The translations under genes were made by a program, and so were the position numbers. Shown piece by piece: positions 22,301-27,072 of a DNA stretch of 27,072 bases. Each line of letters begins with the position of its first letter. The first letter of the stretch is position 1. A model generated the notes under the pieces. The model was not told the DNA's origin and searched no databases. It saw nothing but the letters and a program-made list of their open reading frames with translations. Source of the DNA: Piedraia hortae CBS 480.64 (taxonomy: Eukaryota); NCBI GenBank assembly GCA_010093745.1, contig MU006017.1, positions 62,001-89,072 on the forward strand, in the 5' to 3' direction.

Positions 22301-22898
22301 CCAGACGCAAAGGGAGGGCCGCATCACAGACTCCAGTCAATAGGGAACACTCTCCTGGTCGAAGGAGATTCGATAAATGAGACGATCGGTTAATTGGATC
22401 TCGATGAGGCATGCCCTGCCATGTCCACTGGTATATCTATATCGTTATTCGATGAATGACAAGCGGCAGCCGCCGTTAGACTCGCTTTACTCTACAGAAG
22501 ATAGGTACGACTCTGACCGAGGGCTATATACCGCAGAAGCTGTGGCTGTTCCTTAATTTATGCAGACGATGGGACAAGAGGAATTTTCTCAAGTGAGGAT
22601 TCTGGACTTCGGTATCATGCTACCATTCACCAGCCGGCCTTAGCTCCAAATGCCGTCGACGCCAGACTTGATCTTTAGTTCAAAGTTTTCTCCAACGAAT
22701 GAATTGGCCAGACATTCTCCCAGGTGAAGAAACCCTCAGGCTGGGAGGAAGAAGTCAACATGCAACACTTGACGCAGCTTCTTTGAAAGCTGTCTCCAAT
22801 CTCTCTAATCTTCTCTTCTGCACACTACACACCTCCGCTTTCCTCATCACGCACTGCACCTTCGACACTTCTTCTCACACCACACTTAAGCACAAGCA

Positions 22899-23777
22899 AT
22901 GGGCCTGTTCAAGCTCCTGAGTAAGTTGCCTGCCAAAGCCAAGGCCGCGTCCAAGTTTCGTCATCTGGGCCGTCTTCTCAAGGGCGGTGGAGCCCGAGAG
23001 GTCGCTTGTCCAGCCGTTATGAACAGCCCGCAGCTTTCTCTGTCCTCCTACGTCGACACAGAGTTGGATGGCGGTGTGCCCCTCCTTTTCTTCGCTGCCG
23101 ATTCTACCTTCAACACCCAGGGCGGCAACATTTCCAGCGACGACAGCAGTGACGGTGGTGTGTACATCTCCAGCCCACCTGCCAGCATTGTCAACCTGCC
23201 AGTCATCAGCAATGGCGGCAACAGCGTTCGCTCCTCAAGCAAAGGGGAGCCCTTGAGTGGACAAGAGCTGGACAAGGCACTGATGTCCAGTCCAGGGGGG
23301 CCGTGGGACGCCTATGCCGCATGCCAGCACGAGGGCGTGCCTTCCAGCGTCCTGGCGAGCATCACCACGGCGGGGGCGCAAGAGCGATGTTACCGACTTG
23401 AGGGCCGGTTGCGCCCCTTATTCTGCGAGGTGAAGCAAGTCTACCTCGCCCGCATGGCCACGGGTCGTGCCTTCTCTACGCCTGGTACAGACCTTCGCCG
23501 GGTGGTCAACATGTTCGGGCCAGAGGCCCATCTGCAGCGCGATCTTCAGCGCTGAGAGCAGGTGGAGGGTCGGCTACGGTCATATGTAAGGGAGAACGCG
23601 CGGCGAGTTGTGGATCGCGTGGTTCCGCTTCTTGCTGCTTCTGCTGGGCAAAACAGCGAAGAACTCGTGGCTAGGGCCACTGAAGAGGTCGTGCAGAGGC
23701 ACCACGCCTGGATGGAAACGACCGTGGAAGGCAGGCGGGTCTGGGGAATTTACCGTGGCGCTGGTGAGGGAGACTGA
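22899..23777 (+). pseudogene. Hypothetical gene Z2 with one in-frame TGA (23553-23555)
   Basis: The 218-aa ORF and the 23562-23777 ORF are in the same frame, separated by a single stop. GC-rich coding-like composition and a pyrimidine-rich leader. Confidence 0.6.
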
Positions 23778-24049
23778 ATGGGCGGGGATGGGGATGGGAA
23801 TCGAGACGAGCAACACCACTACCAAGATAACATTTCTTTCAAGAGATTCGCCCAACAGGCTACTGCTAGGTATGCGGTGTATCCATTAGATTCAATAAGG
23901 ATATCATTATAATGGAAATGCCCATGTTCTCCATCTGTCGGAGTGGGATTCTTCCATAAATGTGTGATAGGGGGGCTAGGCGGCCGAAACTGATGACTCA
24001 TCATTCAACCGACGTAGCCCACCTCGGAAAAGGAGCAGCATTGTAGAGG

Positions 24050-24403
24050 ATGCCGACAATCTCGCTGCGCTCGCTGTGTCCGTCTCAGGCAACGTCTGCG
24101 ACGCTCTCCGGATCGCTGCCGAGCGTGATACAAACCAAGGGCGGGTTGGCGCTGGTGGAAATTCAGGGCACGCTACACGTCGACAGCGGGAGCGTGCAGG
24201 AGACGGTGCAAGAAGTCAAGGGGAAGCTCGAGTTTGGCGAAAAGGTCTATCTCAGCATCGGAAACCAGCGACTGGCGGGAGAAGTCAAGAAGCTGAACAA
24301 GAGCATTGCAGTCGTGCGCAGATGTGGAGACAACGAGCTCGAAATCAAAGACATAATTAGCCACAAGGTCGTGTTTACTTCGAGGCCGGAGCCCGTTAGT
24401 TAA
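24050..24403 (+). CDS. CTF8: Ctf8, subunit of the Ctf18-RFC alternative clamp loader (117 aa)
   Basis: GLALVEIQGTL...GKLEF...LSIGNQRLAGEVKKL.K.IAVV...DIISHKVVFTSRPEPV. Confidence 0.9.
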   Translation: MPTISLRSLCPSQATSATLSGSLPSVIQTKGGLALVEIQGTLHVDSGSVQETVQEVKGKLEFGEKVYLSIGNQRLAGEVKKLNKSIAVVRRCGDNELEIKDIISHKVVFTSRPEPVS

Positions 24404-25771
24404 GAGGTTCCAAGAAGATTTCGCACAGCATCATTACATGCAAGGATCTGTTCCAGATACGTTATAGCCTCCTTGAGCGCGTCAGCCTTGGACAGCCCCG
24501 GCCGTCCCTCAGACAAGACAGGCACTAATCGCTCCAGATCCGAATACGCCTGCTTTATCACGTTGCGCCGCTTTTGCTCCGACATTATGTGGTTGTGTCG
24601 CTTCTCGCCATCCGTCAAGTTCTGTCTGCCCCGACCACTGCGCCGCCGCGTTGACTGGGACGGGCCGGGCGGCGTGTACTCTGTAGTCGTTTCCGAGGAC
24701 TCACCTTCTTCTGCTTTTTGCTTCCCTTCTGACCATCGGCGCTTTACGCTTCCATTGTCTCCCTCCTGCTCTGCCGCGTGCGTGCGTGCCATAGACATAC
24801 CACCGTACACGTGGCTCTCCATGGGCGCCCGCATAGTGGACGACGGTGCGTTTATCTGTGAGAAGCTTCTCTTGTGCTGTTGCGGCCGCTCCACGCCGTG
24901 CTGCCAGTCCTGCACATGCATTCCTGCCACGGCTGGGTAGCAAGTCGTTACGGAGCCACCGGGAGACGCGTAGACTACCGGCTGCATGCTTGATATTCTG
25001 CGGCCGGTCGAGGGATCCACCAGCGCACCAGACACCACGGCGTCCATATGTGCCTCCACGTTTGCGAGATTGTGATTCGCATAGCCACTGTTGGTATGTG
25101 GGTCGCTGCCAAACGTCACGCGTGGCAGCTTGTCAACAGCTGCGTTCGTTGCGCTTGCTGTTTGCGGGATAAGAATGAATGGGTTTGTGAGGGTTTCTGG
25201 CTTCGGGGGCACCGATTTGGACGGCGGCAGCGAACTCGCAGGCTGGGTCATGGCATGTAGAGAGGCTGGAAAATTCGGCATGCTGGCGTGTCGCGCGGCT
25301 AGTCTCTTAGAATCGCCGTCGGAGCCCAAACCACGGTGCCACGAGTCGGAGGAGCCCTTGGATGCCATGTGGCTGAGTGCCTGGGCCCCGGCAACCACGT
25401 CGCCCTGCTCACCACCGCCGTCGCGGCGGCGTGGGTCCATAAAGTCGTCCGTATGGACTCCTTGCAGCGACGGGCGCGGCGAGTCGGGCCCGCTTTGAAA
25501 GGCATTGTAGTTGAAGTTTTCAAAGGCAGCGCGGTCGCCGCGGGATTGACCGTAGGGCGGCTGACCGTAGCTGGGGCCCAGGGAGTTGTCGGGGTTGGTG
25601 AAAAACGCGTTTAGTGCCTGCGAGTCGTTGTTGTCTAAGATAGACTGGCGGTCCGGCAGCTGGCAGGTCGCGGATGGGAGAGTATCTGCACAGTCTGTCA
25701 GCTAGCCCAACGCTCGCCGGGGGTCACCTACAGCCAAACGGGCCGATGCTTTGCTCGGCCGGGAAAGTCAT
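24400..25771 (-). CDS. bHLH transcription factor, Ino4/Max-like (441 aa); exons 25771-25732 and 25685-24400
   Basis: C-terminal NLTDGEKRHNHIMSEQKRRNVIK...LVP.L...SKADALKEA. Intron 25686-25731 (GTAGGT...GCTGAC...CAG) extends the ORF in frame to MTFPAEQSIGPFGY. Confidence 0.88.
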
Positions 25772-26646
25772 GGCCTGGTGGTCCTTGTGAACGTCCAGCC
25801 GGGGGTCGACGCGAATGCGGTGTGAACGTCACTGCTGGCATCAGGCCGCTGTGCAAGTGCAGGTGCGGCGGCCTGTCCGCCAGCAAGCTGCCCTCTGCTC
25901 TGCTTGAAGTTTTGATGCACTTTGTAGGAGGTGTTCAGTTGGTGATCTTCACATGACAATCAGGAGTCCGAGAATTCGCGCAGAAAATGCACCCCCGCGG
26001 CCCAGGCGGTGGCGGCAGAGTTTGCGTTTGTTATAGGCAGGCCGCTCTACTATTCGTCACTCAAAACTACCTCTATAGGCATCACATGCTCACTCTGCAG
26101 CTTAATGCCATGGCGCCCAGACCGGCTGCTCCTAGCTGGCCGTGCCATGCGTACCTCACGTTTGGGTGGTAGTGCTCGAGCGTGCAATACAGCCACGACA
26201 GCCGTGGCGGGTTCTACGTAGATTGACTTTAGTAAGCCTCGGCATCGCCAACCTGACTGCTGCTGCCTCGGTCATTCGTCCAGACACCAAACGATCACAG
26301 TGGCCTTCAGTAAGTTGGTTTACGTGATGGATGAACGGGGGTATGAAGAGGGCATTCCACAGTGCAAACCACTTCTTAGAAATATATCATGAGCCACGAC
26401 TCGTGACTGTCTCCAACAGCGCGATGCCAAGGCTGTACGGCCTTTGGACACTGTCTAGCTGAAGGCCGTGACAAGTAGTAGCAACCGCAACCACCCACGT
26501 GGCCGCGCAAGCATAAAGGCATTGTTGGCAAGAGATCATCGCAGTCAACAGGCTGCTTCCCTATGTCACACAAACGGCATATTCCCGCGTATGCACGGAC
26601 GACGCAGCCTCGGCCTCACCAGTGACTTGTATCGATTCCTCCTCAA

Positions 26647-27072
26647 ATGGCCTCGTCGAACCAGGAAAACGGGCCCGCCCGTAATACTGCTTCACTGGCT
26701 AGCAGACTACCGCAAATACCTACTCGTAGTCAGATCGATGCTTGGCAGTCAGACATAGATGACCTATCGTTATTTCATGCTCTCGAGCAGCCTCCGCCCC
26801 AGTCCGGCGGTGACAGAAAGCAACCGCGAGGATATGATGTCTCGAGCACTAGTGTTGTGAATATGCGGTATATTACGCGCATTATTAGTAACCGTCGCTC
26901 GGCTCTCGACTTCACGCGTCAACTAGTTTTCCGTAGAGATTTGTATGCAGGTACACATCTGCTCACAATTATAATAGGTTATGAGCCCGGGCTCTACCGC
27001 TAACAAGCGCTATTCAAATTGAGTCTCGAAGCGAAAGCGGAGCTTCCAGAGACCATGAGCTACGAAAGAAAA
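26647..27072 (+). other. Possible start of a gene running off the window
   Basis: 118-aa ATG ORF with a protein-like N-terminus; the frame reopens after one TAA. No motif recognised. Confidence 0.2.

Noticed and set aside
22899..22913. MGLFK start shared with the MARVEL gene at 631
   Set aside because: Similarity is limited to about 15 nt with no further alignment; probably chance.

Overview
Eukaryotic, filamentous ascomycete-type DNA with compact genes and 45-47 nt GT-AG introns. Two gene-dense flanks surround a ~15 kb accessory island. The left flank holds a MARVEL-type membrane protein, a coiled-coil hypothetical protein, an Hsp70-like ATPase and RAD7. The right flank holds CTF8 and an INO4-like bHLH factor that share overlapping stop codons. 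The island (~9.1-23.9 kb) contains: (i) about six diverged copies of a 290-420 bp TG...CA repeat (solo-LTR-like) whose chain of hairpins is kept through compensatory changes; (ii) four pairs of locally duplicated, mostly broken genes, including two Clr2 N-terminal-domain pseudogenes; (iii) one intact 398-aa ORF that looks like a highly diverged importin-alpha without its IBB domain or NLS-binding Trp/Asn residues. All alignments were made by eye, and family calls rely on recalled motifs rather than database searches.
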